Source of the DNA: Octopus sinensis
Taxonomy: Eukaryota
DNA length: 64,000 nt
Direction: 5' to 3'
Assembly: GCF_006345805.1 (NCBI RefSeq)
Contig: NC_042997.1
Location: forward strand, 136,090,001-136,154,000
Both the position numbers and the translations under genes were made by a program. The notes under the pieces were generated by a model. The model did no database searches. It saw only the letters and a list, made by a program, of their open reading frames with translations, and was not told where the DNA came from. The first letter of the stretch is position 1. Every line of letters starts with the position of its first letter. Of this stretch, positions 51,950 to 64,000 are shown piece by piece.

Positions 51950-52600
51950 TCTCAGCTCCTTCCCGCTGCTTAGAGACGCGACACTTTCCTCAACACATGT
52001 GCTATTCAAAGTATGGCCCCAGATGTGTACCTCCAGCCAGGTCTGATTGTTCTAACTCCCCATACCAAGTTTTATGCTCTTTGAAGTGGTTCCCAGTGCA
52101 TCAATCGCGGTGGGTAACACAGTAGCTCTTTAGGCTCTACGAATACGCTCCATTTCAATTGCCAACTACGTCAGTGAAGATCCTTTCTTTGGTCTTTTTT
52201 CTTAGGCGAGTGAGGATTAGTTGATAATGTTGCAGTTTTGTAACTGTGGAGATTGATGTAAGCCACGTGAGTTTCATTTGATAATACTCTGTCACTTCTT
52301 GATACGCTCTAGCAGTATTTGCTGCATATCGCTGTGTACATTTCTAATGGAGTTTTCTGTACTCTTTCTTGGTCGATTTTTTGGACATCCACTACATAGC
52401 TGACTGCTTCAGATTAATTTCAACACAATCGACATAAAAGTATTTCTCTTTTATCTATGCTACACTTGGCTGCATTAGTTCGAAAAGTTTATTCTTCAGC
52501 AGCTACGATCAATGCTTCTCTATCCTTCTTTAAAAATTCATGTCTTGCCTTCTCCAAGATCTTTCTTCAGCTGCATCTAAAGGCGAGTGAATGATGACAA
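51950..52600 (-). mobile_element. Decayed R4/Dong-type (RLE) LINE remnant
   Basis: Manual translation EALIVAAEE*TFRTNAAKCSIDK..CRLC and VLPTAIDALGTTSK, homologous to the zinc-knuckle/RLE region of 61150-63062. Confidence 0.5.
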
Positions 52601-52666
52601 AAATGGTAGACAGGAATCTACAAATAATATATATGTATTTATCTTAGATAGATAGACAGACAGATC

Positions 52667-52797
<131 letters not shown>

Positions 52798-53909
52798 TAT
52801 AGTTAACTATTTGTTTAAATTATTAAAGATTCTACTCTCGACATTCTACTGTATTTACATCCTGTGCTTGAGATTTTTAAAATACTTAAATTTTCTTCTA
52901 TGACTTCGATTCGAATATCTTCAATCGTTCAGTCACTAGAGGTTTTACTCAAACTTGTTTCCCTGACCAGTAAGATATTATGTCGTCCCAGGTTGCATTC
53001 CGATCTTAGCATTAAACGTGGTTGCTTATTAACAAGTATACATAAAGTTTTTCATTGCATTCAGGTGGGCGGGTAAGTGTTATTACTTGAAATTTCCTCA
53101 CTTTAACAGTAACTTTAAAATGTTAAGGAGTGACCACAGTACTTGATGATATGAAGCTACGGTTGGCTACAATATAAATTTCTGTATTGATTTTCTTTGC
53201 CGATCTCTTGGCAGTGCCAGCCTTGTTTTCTTTAATATTGGTTAACCAACATTGCAACTGTTGGTTATTAAAACAAAGTAGCTATCATACAAAGTAAGAA
53301 ACCAAACTGGATGGAAATAATTTCTGTCATATCTCTAATAAATACAGAATTACTAGTTGTACTAATAAGACCTATTAGACAAGAATCAACAGGTGATATT
53401 TCAATCAAGCCCACATAGAACAATCTAAACCCCATGTGACAGATGAGGAAGTTTCAAACATAAAGAAACTTCAGATTAAATATAACGTACGTGATTTTAT
53501 GAGAAATGCGCATCAATAAAATATTTTCCAAATGTCTATCATCGATAGCTAATCATTATCCTAAGTGTAGATGGCTTCGATTATATTGAATCCGATCATA
53601 CTTATCCATCATGATCATAAAAATAATAACTGTAGCAGTATCTATTACAGAGGGAGGAATTAAATTAATATCTTCTTTTTTTTTTACTTTCTGAACATAA
53701 AAGAATATAACACCAAATAAAAAATACATTAATATTTGCGTATATTTTTATAGCCTGTGTCAAAATATCCTATCTATTCCTAGATATTACTATTTAGTAT
53801 CTAAATACTGCAAGAGAAACTCGAAATGAACTCTTGCATTTTTCGAAGATTGTGTTTGCGAAAGTGTTAACACCTTGAGTACAATTCCATTGAATCTTAA
53901 TGAAAATAA

Positions 53910-54210
53910 ATTGGTACTCTGTCGGTTATAACGACGAGTGTTCCAGTTGATCCGATCAACGGAACAGCTTGCTTGTGAAATTAACGTACACGTGGCTGAG
54001 CACTCCGCTGACGTACATATCCTTCACGTAGTTCTCAGGGAGATTCAGCGTGGCACAGAATGTGACAAGACTGGACCTTTGAAATAAATATTTTGCGCAT
54101 ATTTATCAGCTGAATGTACTGCAAACCCTGTAAAGTAGTGTCTTGCTGAAGGACACAACGGAATCGAACTCACGACCTTAACATCGTGAGATATACTAAG
54201 CTTCGCGCCT
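53910..54210 (-). mobile_element. SINE family C
   Basis: Homologous to 31465-31777 (gttgatccgatcaacggaacagc, cagaatgtgacaag, gtcttgctgaaggacacaa, ggaatcgaactc). Confidence 0.78.
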
Positions 54211-54866
54211 TCGTGAATATTTTAAATATAAATTGTAGTTTGTAACAGCAGAATTTTTTACTTTGTTAACAAAATATATATCCTTCATGAAAAACATGCA
54301 TCTAATGAAGGGAGCATTAAAATATTATTTTGAAATATGGTGAAAAAAAGACTACATATCCGTTACTGACTAAACCACAGCCCGATGGTTTATTTTGATT
54401 GTTTCTTCTAATAATATAAGAGGGATATAATGGATTCAAGACAGATGTAGGCCTTACACCTTTTCCAATTCGACCATAAGAGAGCAATGCATAAATAATG
54501 TTTCTAAGTAGTATAGTTTTTTATTCGATTTTTATTCCAATATTATTTCCTACGGCGCCAATCTTCGCGCGATTTACAGAATTAGATGACTCCCACTTTA
54601 TTCTTTTCAGAAAGCTTAGCTTTAGTATATTTTCTTTCAAAATACCAGGTGTTACGGCTTCTCCAATGAAACCACTTTTCACCGCACTATTTTTCTACTA
54701 CACCAGTTTTGACGAGGTAAACAAGATAAATTACTCACCTAACGATCTTTTATCAAAGTTCATCTAAAGCAAAAATAATACAGAAATAAGGAAACTATAC
54801 TGCTTAGAATTTGCATACATACATAAACACATACATATATATTTTTTCACACATACATACATGCAT

Positions 54867-54942
<76 letters not shown>

Positions 54943-55445
54943 CAAGTTAAGAATAATGGTCATTGCATATTTTTCCTTTATTGGAGCAAATTTGAGTTAC
55001 AATTGTTTCCAGTAGTCATTATAGGTACATTACTGATAGGTTAACTCAATTGGTCTACTGGTCAGTTGAGAAAAATTGAACTACCTAAAAAAAATTAATG
55101 CTACTTACATCAGAGCCATTTCTGATTATAACAAAGCAGAACGTTGAAGAAGTAGTGAGTGCATGGAGGAAGGACGGAAAAGCTGGAAAGATACAAGTAG
55201 CATAGAGAAAAGCGGAAGACAGGTTACAAAGTGGTGAAGAGGAATGAGGAAATGATAGAGGAAGAAGACACTGAATAGAAACAGGGATATTGGATGACCA
55301 AAATTTGGGAAAGGAACAGTTATAAAACATTAGTGTTTGTAGTCAGGTCAACACACAATACCATACTGGCATCGTTTATAGGTGTTTTGTGGAAATTTGA
55401 TAAGGACCATTTATATACATGGTCAACCTAAAACTTTAATATTCG

Positions 55446-56477
55446 GTGATCGTTGCTCCCCATGAACTTCACTTAAAACCCAGTTGCCCTTTCATCTCCA
55501 TACGCAATCTAAACGCACCCACACTATGCAATGGGACTCGCCTTGTGGTCAGACAAACGATATACCACGTCATTGACGCCCAAATTATCACCGGACACAG
55601 CAAAAACTATACCGTTTTTATTCCAAGAATTCTGCTAACTTCAACAGACTGCCCCTACCGGATGCGGAGACTTCAGTTCCTTCTCAAACTAAGCTTCGAT
55701 AATTAACAAAGCACAAGGTCAATCGCTGAAAGTTGTCGGATTGGCCTTCAAACGTCATCTTTTTCACATAGACAGTTCTAAGTCGGTTGTTCTAGACTTG
55801 GCCATGCAGACTACTTATTCATCTATGCTCCTGAGAGAGAAACCAAAAATGTCATCTACAAAGCATCCCTACAGAAGTTATTCCTCTACTGCAATCTTCA
55901 CTTCTACGCCAAGCCGTAGACGTTAGCAATTGGACTTCCTACAAACATTTCATTGATATTTTGCTTCATTTCCGTGATTGTTGTTAACAGCACATTATTT
56001 TCAATGACCCTTCTTACTTCACGCACGCCGTTCGTTCATAATCGTGCTCTGACATTTATTTTTGTACATGCCATTATTTTATTTGTGTGTTTGCTATAAA
56101 TGTTTGCTTTTGTTTATTATACATGACTTTCATTGAAAAAAGTTTAAATGTAGTTATGTCAGGCATTGCGAGCAAAATAACTACATGCTACAAAACACTT
56201 CAGGTAAGATGTAGGATCCCTAATGCCTACTGCAATTGCGATCACATTTCATGGACTTCCATTTATTACTAACTGCCAGAATTTTGTTCTGAAAACTTTA
56301 TTCATCGCTTTCGTTGCGTAATACCATATAATAGACTGCTAACGAAATGGTAATTGTACATATTTACGTTTATCAACTTCAAAGCACTTTTAAATGTGGG
56401 CTAATTCAATTTATACCGTTGAAAGGAGTGTGCCATTATAATAAATTACACCGTGCAAAGGACGGGTGCGTTTCCTA

Positions 56478-56478
<1 letters not shown>
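55446..56478 (+). mobile_element. 3' part of an autonomous Helitron: Pif1-like helicase C-terminus (frameshifted) and 3' terminus
   Basis: PHELHLK...IRNLNAPTLCNGTRL...FIPRI...RRLQF then INKAQGQSLKVVGL...SH...V..SR; hairpin caccgtgcaaaggacgggtg and CTAG at 56475-78 followed by T. Confidence 0.85.
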
Positions 56479-56556
<78 letters not shown>

Positions 56557-56559
<3 letters not shown>

Positions 56560-57448
56560 TCTTTATCCCCGTCTGTCTTGATAGACAATGGGTTGCGCCA
56601 AGGGTGGGGCCTACTTTGATGATGTGCAGCGTCTGCTGTGACTGAACAGTCCAATTCTAGAGTGGCAGTCCTTGGTACAGTTGCTGCACACGAACATCGA
56701 TGGGTACGTGTGGGGTGTTGCTGCAGTTGTCCTCCTCCTGTCCCGCCTGTCCAACCACAGCTGTGCTCTCCTCTCCTCAGCCATGGAAACGCCTTTCCTC
56801 ACCGTCCGACGCCAGGCAGAGCGGTCAGCAGCTGTTTCCTCCCACGTATCCACACAGATGTTGGCAGTCCTCAGGTCGCGCTTGCACACGACCCTGTATC
56901 GTAGCTGTGGACGTCCCTTGGGTCGGGATCCCGTGGTGAGTTCGCTGTACAAGATGTCTTTAGGCATGCGACCGTCCTGCATGCGGCAGACGTGTCCGAG
57001 CCAGCGCAGTCGTCTCCGCACGAGGAGGGCATACATGCTTGGCATATTAGTCTGTTCCAGGATGACTCCGTTTGGTACTCGGTTCTTCCAGGAGATGCCA
57101 AGGATCCGTCGAAGACACCGCATGTGGAAGCCGCTGAGGCGGCATTCCTGCCGGGTGTATGTTGTCCAGCTCTCGCTGCCGTAGCGTAGGGTGCTCAGCA
57201 CGCAGGCTCGGTACACTGCGATCTTGGTGGTTATTGTGAGCATGTTGTTTTCCCACACTCTGCTGGAGAGCTTAGCCATGGCAGCAGCAGCCTTCCCAAT
57301 CCGTCTGTTCAGCTCCGGCTCGAGGGACAGGCTGCTGGAGACCGTCGATCCCAGGTAAGTGAACTCGTTCACCACCTGCAAGCTGTGGTCGCCGACACTG
57401 ATGCTGGGGACCCCTCCGACGTCCTGGCCCATGATCTCTGTCTTTTTC
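56557..57448 (-). mobile_element. RTE (BovB-like) LINE, 5'-truncated, open ORF2 C-terminus with zinc finger, short 3' UTR, inserted in (TA)n
   Basis: ORF 56611-57450: EFTYLGS, RRIGKA, LRYGSESW, RCLRRILGISW, RLRWLGHVCRM, GRP.LRY, CSNC..DCHSRIGLFSHSRRC. The 3' UTR has a tgtct-atca-agaca hairpin and an aagaaga end. Confidence 0.92.
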
Positions 57449-57459
57449 ATATATATATA

Positions 57460-57623
57460 GGTGCAGGTGTAGATGTATGGTAAGTGGCTTGCTTCCTACT
57501 ATATGGTTCCAGGTTCAGCTCCACTGCGTGGCACATTGACAAATGTCATCTACTATAGCCCCGAATCAACCAAACGATCTCTCACTCACTTTCTTACTCG
57601 CGCGCTCTCTATATGTGTGTGTG

Positions 57624-57673
<50 letters not shown>

Positions 57674-57925
57674 TGTGTGTGTGTGCGTGCGTGTCTATAC
57701 ATATATGCACGCGCGAGCATGTGTGTACGTATGACTTTGTGTTTGTGTTTATCTCCACATGACAACCGATATTGTTTTTAACGTCTCCATAACTTAGTGG
57801 TCTGGCTTAAGAACCGATAGAATAAGTACTCGGCTTTAAAAAATAAGTACCAATATCGATTTATTCAACTAAATCCCTTGAAGCTTGTACTCCAGCTTGG
57901 CCACAACCTAATGTTTGGAACTTGC
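57460..57925 (+). mobile_element. SINE family A, diverged
   Basis: Head ggtgcaggtgtagatgtatggtaag...ggttcagctccactgcgtggcac and 3' body gaccgatagaataagtac-like segment. Confidence 0.75.
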
Positions 57926-57949
57926 AGCTAGATACATAGATAGATTTTA

Positions 57950-58112
57950 TGCATCGGAGTGACCATGTGGTAAGAAGCTTGCTTCCCAACCACACGGTTC
58001 CGGGTTCAGTTTCACTACTTGGTAGCTTGGACAAGTGTCTCCTGCTATAGCCTCGGGCCGACCAAAGCCTTGTGAGTGGATTTGGTATACGGAAACTGAA
58101 AGAAGCCCGTCG

Positions 58113-58147
<35 letters not shown>

Positions 58148-58300
58148 TTGTGTGCCTGTATTTGTCCCCCTACCATCGCTTTGACAACCGATGTTGGTGT
58201 GTTTACGTCCCCGTAACCTAGCAGTTCGGCAAAACACAAAATTCGACTAAAGGCAGTGCTCCAGCATAGCCGCTGTAAAATGACTGAAACAAGAAAAAGA
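57950..58300 (+). mobile_element. SINE family A with internal deletion
   Basis: Head, body and tail (ggcagtgctccagcatagccgctgtaaaatgactgaaacaag) all present. Confidence 0.85.
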
Positions 58301-58307
58301 ATAACGG

Positions 58308-58348
<41 letters not shown>

Positions 58349-60859
58349 CAAGAGGGAGGGGGAGAGATACTATGTGTGTGTATATATATATATAGGGAGA
58401 GAGAGATAATATATATATATATATATATATATACGTATATATATGTATATATACACGTCGCATACATGTGTGCGTGTGTGCATGCATTCAAAGCTGAGTT
58501 TCACTTAATCACTACTCAGAGCTTCTCGTTTTTGTTCCTCAGTGGTCTGAGTTTATGACTACACATAAACATTCAAGTTGAAATAAGGAAGAAAAATTAG
58601 AGCATCTTCACTGTGTTACCTTTCCTAAGTCGTTTTGATTTAAAATATGCTAATATATTCTTTAAATCCTATATGTTTAATTATCATAAATTGAAGAGCC
58701 TAGTTTTCACTTTATTTATGTCAAGTTAAAACAGTATGAGTTACTGTAGGTACGTCAGCTTAGATTTTCGAAATGCTTTCTTTGTTTTTCAAAGTCTTTA
58801 AATAAAGCACATGACTTCATTGAAATAATCATATTAAATGTCTCTTTTCTGAAATTCAGATGAACATCATCAAAGTTGACCTTGTTATTATAAATCTATA
58901 TTTTCACTATCAATTAATTGCATATGAAACGAAAGCTATTTCAACAGAAATTACTAAAATGAAGAACATTATGTGCAATTTGAGCGTTAAGCGGAAATAT
59001 ATAAAGAACATGTTTTTTGCTTACAGAAGTTGTTAATTATGAATACATGTACAGAGTTGTTTACTCAAGCTTAAAAAACATCATCACTCAATCGTTAAAT
59101 TGAATTAAATTAAATATTTGGACCTGAATGCAGCTATGGCTGTGGCGGTAAGAAATTTGCTTTCCAACCACTGGATACCGAATTCGATTTCCTCGGGTTA
59201 GTGATATCCACGATAGCCTTGGATCGGGGTGAGCCTTGTTATAAATATTGAATAAGTACCCGGCTTTAAAGAATAACTACTAGTGTCAAAGTTATGTCCA
59301 AACCCGTCGGATTGTTTGTATCTATTCTTGGTCAGTAACCTAAATCCGTTATCTAGTTTAACTCCACCGCCTGCCTTTTAACTGAGATCATTCTGTTACT
59401 GTAATCTAGATCCAATCTCCAGGTCTTTCATTTTGGTCTCTAACAATATCGGAGGTATTGCAAAAAAATATCATAGTCACTGATCTTCCTCAACTTATGC
59501 TACATACTACACTTTCCCAACAATCAACAGAATAACAAAAAGTCTACGTAAGCTTATAAATAACATAGGAAAGTCAAAATTAAACTACGAAGGATTTTCG
59601 AAACTAATCAATGTTCAGTTGTTAATCTTTCCTCATGTACTCAGTATTAGTATCATTAATTTAACACATTTCCCATTTTATCTTTCAATTAAAATCTCAT
59701 CCCTTTGCATTGCTATAAAAAGCATGACTATACATTAACGAAACGCAAGAATGATAATGACTTTTTATACTGGCCATGAATTTCTAGCGATCAAAAATCA
59801 TTTTCAGCGAGCGAAGGAAGGGTTTAGTAGATATTGATCCATCAGACCTATTCTCACGAGCAATCTAGCAGTGAATATAACATTTCAGGCAATGCATTTA
59901 AGACTAGATTATCGAAAGTAGCCTTCTCTTTTCGAAGACGGCGTATTAGGAGGTAGATATATTTGATTGGTATTTCTGGCAGATCGAGCGACTATATATT
60001 GACTGTCGTGTATTGAAGGGTCAAGTTTACACCGATTGTATTTTAATTCAGAACTAAATAGGACAATAATGAATGCTGACGATATTTTGCAGCGGTGCAG
60101 TAATGTTTCTACAATGAAAGCTGAATATGATATGACATGAATAAAATTATCAAATAAGTATGCAGATAAGCAATAAACAGGACGTGGAGGTTGCTGTGCG
60201 ACAGCTGTAAAGGGCGTTATGTGGGTTACGCATTGGCATTTTCATGCCGGTCGCCATTCTATTATTATAGATAAGACCCAAGGTTGAGGAAAAAGAAAAT
60301 ATCAAGCAGCTATGCCAGCGCAGAATGTTAATGAGCTAGAAAGATGAGGAAAGCCATTTAAAACTATGTGAATAAAGAAACTAAACAAACATATAATGAA
60401 ATGCTAGTTTACGAACGAGCTAAACAAGAGATGGTATGGGTGAAGAATATTAGTAATTTGAACATGACAGGAGTGTTTCCAGTGACAGAACAATGGAAAT
60501 TTGTTCTATAAAGCACAGTGGCTACCTATCTAACCAGGAATTAGTAAAAAGGGATAATGGAAATTAAATAAAACGGGAAACAATGGTGAATCTGAAGTTA
60601 GTATAAGGGGAAAATATACAAAGTGTTTATGTATTGCGTTGACGAAGATGAGAGGAACAAAAAGAATGAGAGTTTGACAGGATAGCCTCAGCCTTCTATG
60701 CTGTATCTTTAAAGTTACTTTTGGTAGTCCCTTGTATAAGTCAGCATTACTAACAGAGAGGACAGATCAGGTACAAGAGGTACTGAGCAGATTAGAGCAG
60801 GAATCGTGGATTGTACTGTAATGCAAACAAATCAGAGCTGCAACCACGCAATGTCTATG

Positions 60860-61147
60860 TCAGTGAAAGTGAGAGACGGTAGGTCACTTAAGGTAGTTGA
60901 AAATTTCAAAGAACTTGGTGCGTGGACACAAATTGCTGAAAAATGCATCGTAGCAAGGAATGCTTTTGCCTGGAGCGCATGCCATAAATTGAGAAAGGTA
61001 TGGAGTTCAAAGTTAGTAAAGAAATTGAAAGTGAGGTTATTTATAGCATCAGTGGAGTATGTTCTTCTATACGGGGCTGAAACATGGACGCTCACTAAAG
61101 CATTGAAGAAGCAGTTGGACGGTTGTTGTACGAGGATGCTTAGAATG
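60860..61147 (+). mobile_element. RTE-X-type LINE fragment (post-RT region)
   Basis: LKVVENFKELGAW...AWSACHKLRKVWSS.L..KLKVRLF.ASVEYVLLYGAETWTLTK...LDGCCTRMLRM. Confidence 0.8.
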
Positions 61148-61149
61148 GC

Positions 61150-63062
61150 AAACCAGTTGTATGCCTCGGAAAAAACAAAAAAATACAAACCACCTGAGAA
61201 GCATTCCAAACTGAAGAAGTAGAGTTGAAAAAGAAATTGAAATAAGGAGATGAAATATCAATATCGAATGAGCTAATCTGTGGAAACGATAGAAAACCAG
61301 AAAAGATAAAAAGAAAACAGATTCTCACCAAGAGAACTGCTTTCAACAAAAGAAACACTGCAGCAAAATGTCCACGCTCAAAGAATACGAAAATCTGAGA
61401 AGAGAAACAAATGTTCCAAGCAAACTAAGCTCTTGACATTCTACAGAGAAATAGGAAAGGAGAAAATAACTGTTGAAGACACCCCTGCTCCCATGGAAGG
61501 AGTTGAAGACTTCTGGAAAAATAACGGGAATGATAAAACGACTTACAATGAAAATGCAGACAGGATTAGCCACACAGAAGGATCCTACCAAAACTTACCA
61601 GAACAAGCATGGGAATACATCACAATAGTAGACATAAGGATGACACTGACGAAGGCGCATTAGTGCCAAATTTCTGGCTCACCTCGATCCCGTGCGCACA
61701 CGAAAAGTTAGTCATAACAAATGCAAAAATCTCAGTTCCGTATAGATTGATTATAAAAAGGCCTTAGACAGCATACCGCATTCGTGGATCTTGAAATCGC
61801 TGGATATCTTCAAAATTTCTGCTGTGATTTCAAACTTCCTGAAGTACAGCATGTCAGTGTGGAATATGAATCCCCAATTATACCACTCTAATGGAGCATA
61901 CTGGCCACAATATTTTCCAACGTGACTCACGTTTACCTTTAATTTGTTGCATAGCCCTAATACCCCTTACAATGAAATTAACGGAACAGGATATGAATAT
62001 AAAATTGGTAACAAGAAAATAAGTCATCTATTTTATATGGATGACTTAAAACTCTATGACAAAGACGATAATGAGATTGAATGGACTCGATAAATGTACC
62101 AAGGTCATTTTCCAGAAAGGGAAATTGAAGACCTCACGTTCAGTGGTATTGTATGATGACACGGTCATAAAAGAGCTCGAGCAGGAACAAACTTACAAAT
62201 ATCTCGGAATAAATGCGGGCTCTATCATTCAACATTCAAGTATGAAAGAGGGGACCTATCAAGCCAATGTGATGAAAAATGGTGTAGACCCAAAGTGCCG
62301 ATACGGCAACGATGGGATTGAAACAGTGGACCATCTAATCTCTTGATGTTAAGTTTTAGCACCTGCAGAGTATAAATCAAGACATGACTGATTTATATCT
62401 AAACTGGATAATGTTTCGGCATTATAAAATCAAAACCGCTGACAAATAGTACAATCACCACCCTGTGGGAGAAAATGTGACTATACTTTGGGACTTCCCA
62501 GTATGTAAAGACCGGATCTTCAAGGCATATAAACCAGATATTGTTGTGAAAGTCCAAAGCAATGAAGTTTGTTTATTGATTGGCAAAAGCATACCCTGTG
62601 ACCATAATATCTCGGCAAAACAATTTGATAAGATCAGTAAATATAAAGATTTGCTAATCGAAAGGAAGTGACATATGTAGACAGTTATAATACCAGTGAT
62701 TGTAGGCGCACTTGGAATGATCAAAAAAGGAACTGAAATTTACGTAAGAATGATCCCTCGCTTACCGTCCATGCAGGAAGTGCAAAAGATTGCCTTAACT
62801 TGTATGTCATACGTATTGAGAAGAATATTATCGCTATTAATTTTCTTTCCTTTATTTTCTTTGTTTACGTTTAAATATTTTTAAATTTCCTTTTTCTCTG
62901 TGTCTTTCTTTCCCTTTTTCTCTATCACATGACTCTGTAAATGAACAGTCTGATGTGTTCAGTTTAATGGCCTGCCAATCTATACAGTACGTTTCTCTGC
63001 CCTAGGTGTCCGGAAGACACTCGGCAAGAAATGGAATCAGAATTGAAAGACGAGGCAAATGA
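61150..63062 (+). mobile_element. R4/Dong-type LINE (RT + CCHC + restriction-like endonuclease), decayed and internally deleted
   Basis: TFYREIG..EDFWK, IDYKKALDSIPHSWI, ISHLFYMDDLKLY, GLDKC, YKYLGI, DPKCRY...ETVDHLIS, TILWDFPV..DR...KPDIVV, KYKDL, IVGALG; ends at a (GAA)n tract. Confidence 0.85.
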
Positions 63063-63065
63063 AAG

Positions 63066-63270
63066 GAAGAAGAAGAAGAAGAAGAAGAAGAAGAAGAAGA
63101 AGAAGAAGAAGAAGAAGAAAGAAGAAGAAGAAGGAGAAGAAGAAGAAGAAGGAGGAGAAGAAGAAGAAGAAGAAGAAGAAGAAGAAGAAGAAGAAGAAGA
63201 AGAAGAAGAAGAAGAAGAAGAAGAAGAAGAAGAAGAAGAAGAAGAAGAAGAAGAAGAAGAAGAAGAAGAA
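63066..63270. repeat. (GAA)n trinucleotide tract
   Basis: Direct reading; an (AAT)n tract follows at ~63620-63711. Confidence 0.97.
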
Positions 63271-63629
63271 ATTGAACGATGTCAACATTACTATATATAT
63301 ATTATTATTTTTTCTATCATTAATTAAAAATAGAACTAGGTGAATTGGTTCTGGTCAAGGTCAGCGCTCTCCTTCATCGCCAGTAATAGTAAACACATTT
63401 AACCTCTGCTGACCTCAAGGGTGTGAGGACTCTTTTGTCTCCTTGTCGCACAAGAACGTCCGTTGTTGACCTCCTCTTCATCTGCCGAATCTATTTTCAG
63501 ACCTGTAGAATTTGTTCTATTAACCAAGCTGCTTTTCTTCCTCCTATTATTCCCTTGAACCCTCACAAATTTAGGATTATCTCAAATACAAGGGAAAAGT
63601 TGAAACTAAACAACATTTAATAATAATTT

Positions 63630-63681
<52 letters not shown>

Positions 63682-64000
63682 CAACAAAAACAATAATAAT
63701 AATAATAATAATTTCGCGAAAACTCATGGTCGGATCAAAGGAAATATTAATAATGACAAATAGTAAAAAAAAATGAAAATAATAATATCAGTGATGATAA
63801 TAATGATAATAAAAAGAAGCGGTTAGAATCTCCCCATGTCCTGATTGGTGATATATCTAGTGATGGTGTCACAATAAAAGCACTGATAATTACGCAACCT
63901 GATAATCGCTACCTAATACGAGTGATAATAAAAGCAAAATATTGTGAATAACGTTGGTAATGAAACTGCAGCCCTTGATTGTGACAGTGTTGCACCCGGC

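Noticed and set aside
57440-57460. ATG giving the RTE ORF an apparent start
   Set aside because: The ATG is created by the junction of (TA)n with the 5'-truncated element; the native protein continues upstream.
63031-63343. Poly-E, poly-K and poly-F ORFs
   Set aside because: They are readings of the (GAA)n tract.

Overview
This is a very AT-rich, microsatellite-saturated animal genomic window, most likely octopus. That assignment is an inference from recognisable cephalopod-type tRNA-derived SINEs and the (TA/CA/GATA/CATA)n load. No host protein-coding gene could be supported, and nearly all six-frame ORFs are microsatellite artefacts. The window is a nested transposon landscape: a young Penelope-like element (PLE; RT + GIY-YIG) at 430-6110, a decayed CR1/L2-type LINE, RTE, RTE-X and R4/Dong-type LINE fragments, Helitrons, a Merlin remnant, a mariner MITE, two older PLE remnants and at least 4 SINE families. 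The most interesting content is RNA structure read directly from the sequence. The PLE locus carries three type-I hammerhead ribozyme folds. One of them has a 57-nt branched insertion in helix II and sits directly behind a pseudoknot, inside a 488-bp non-coding unit bounded by direct and inverted repeats. The CR1/L2 LINE and the dominant SINE share a 42-nt 3' end whose stem shows compensatory base changes. Several fold-back palindromes at (TA)n sites look like PLE insertion scars. All structural calls were made by hand, without folding software or database searches.
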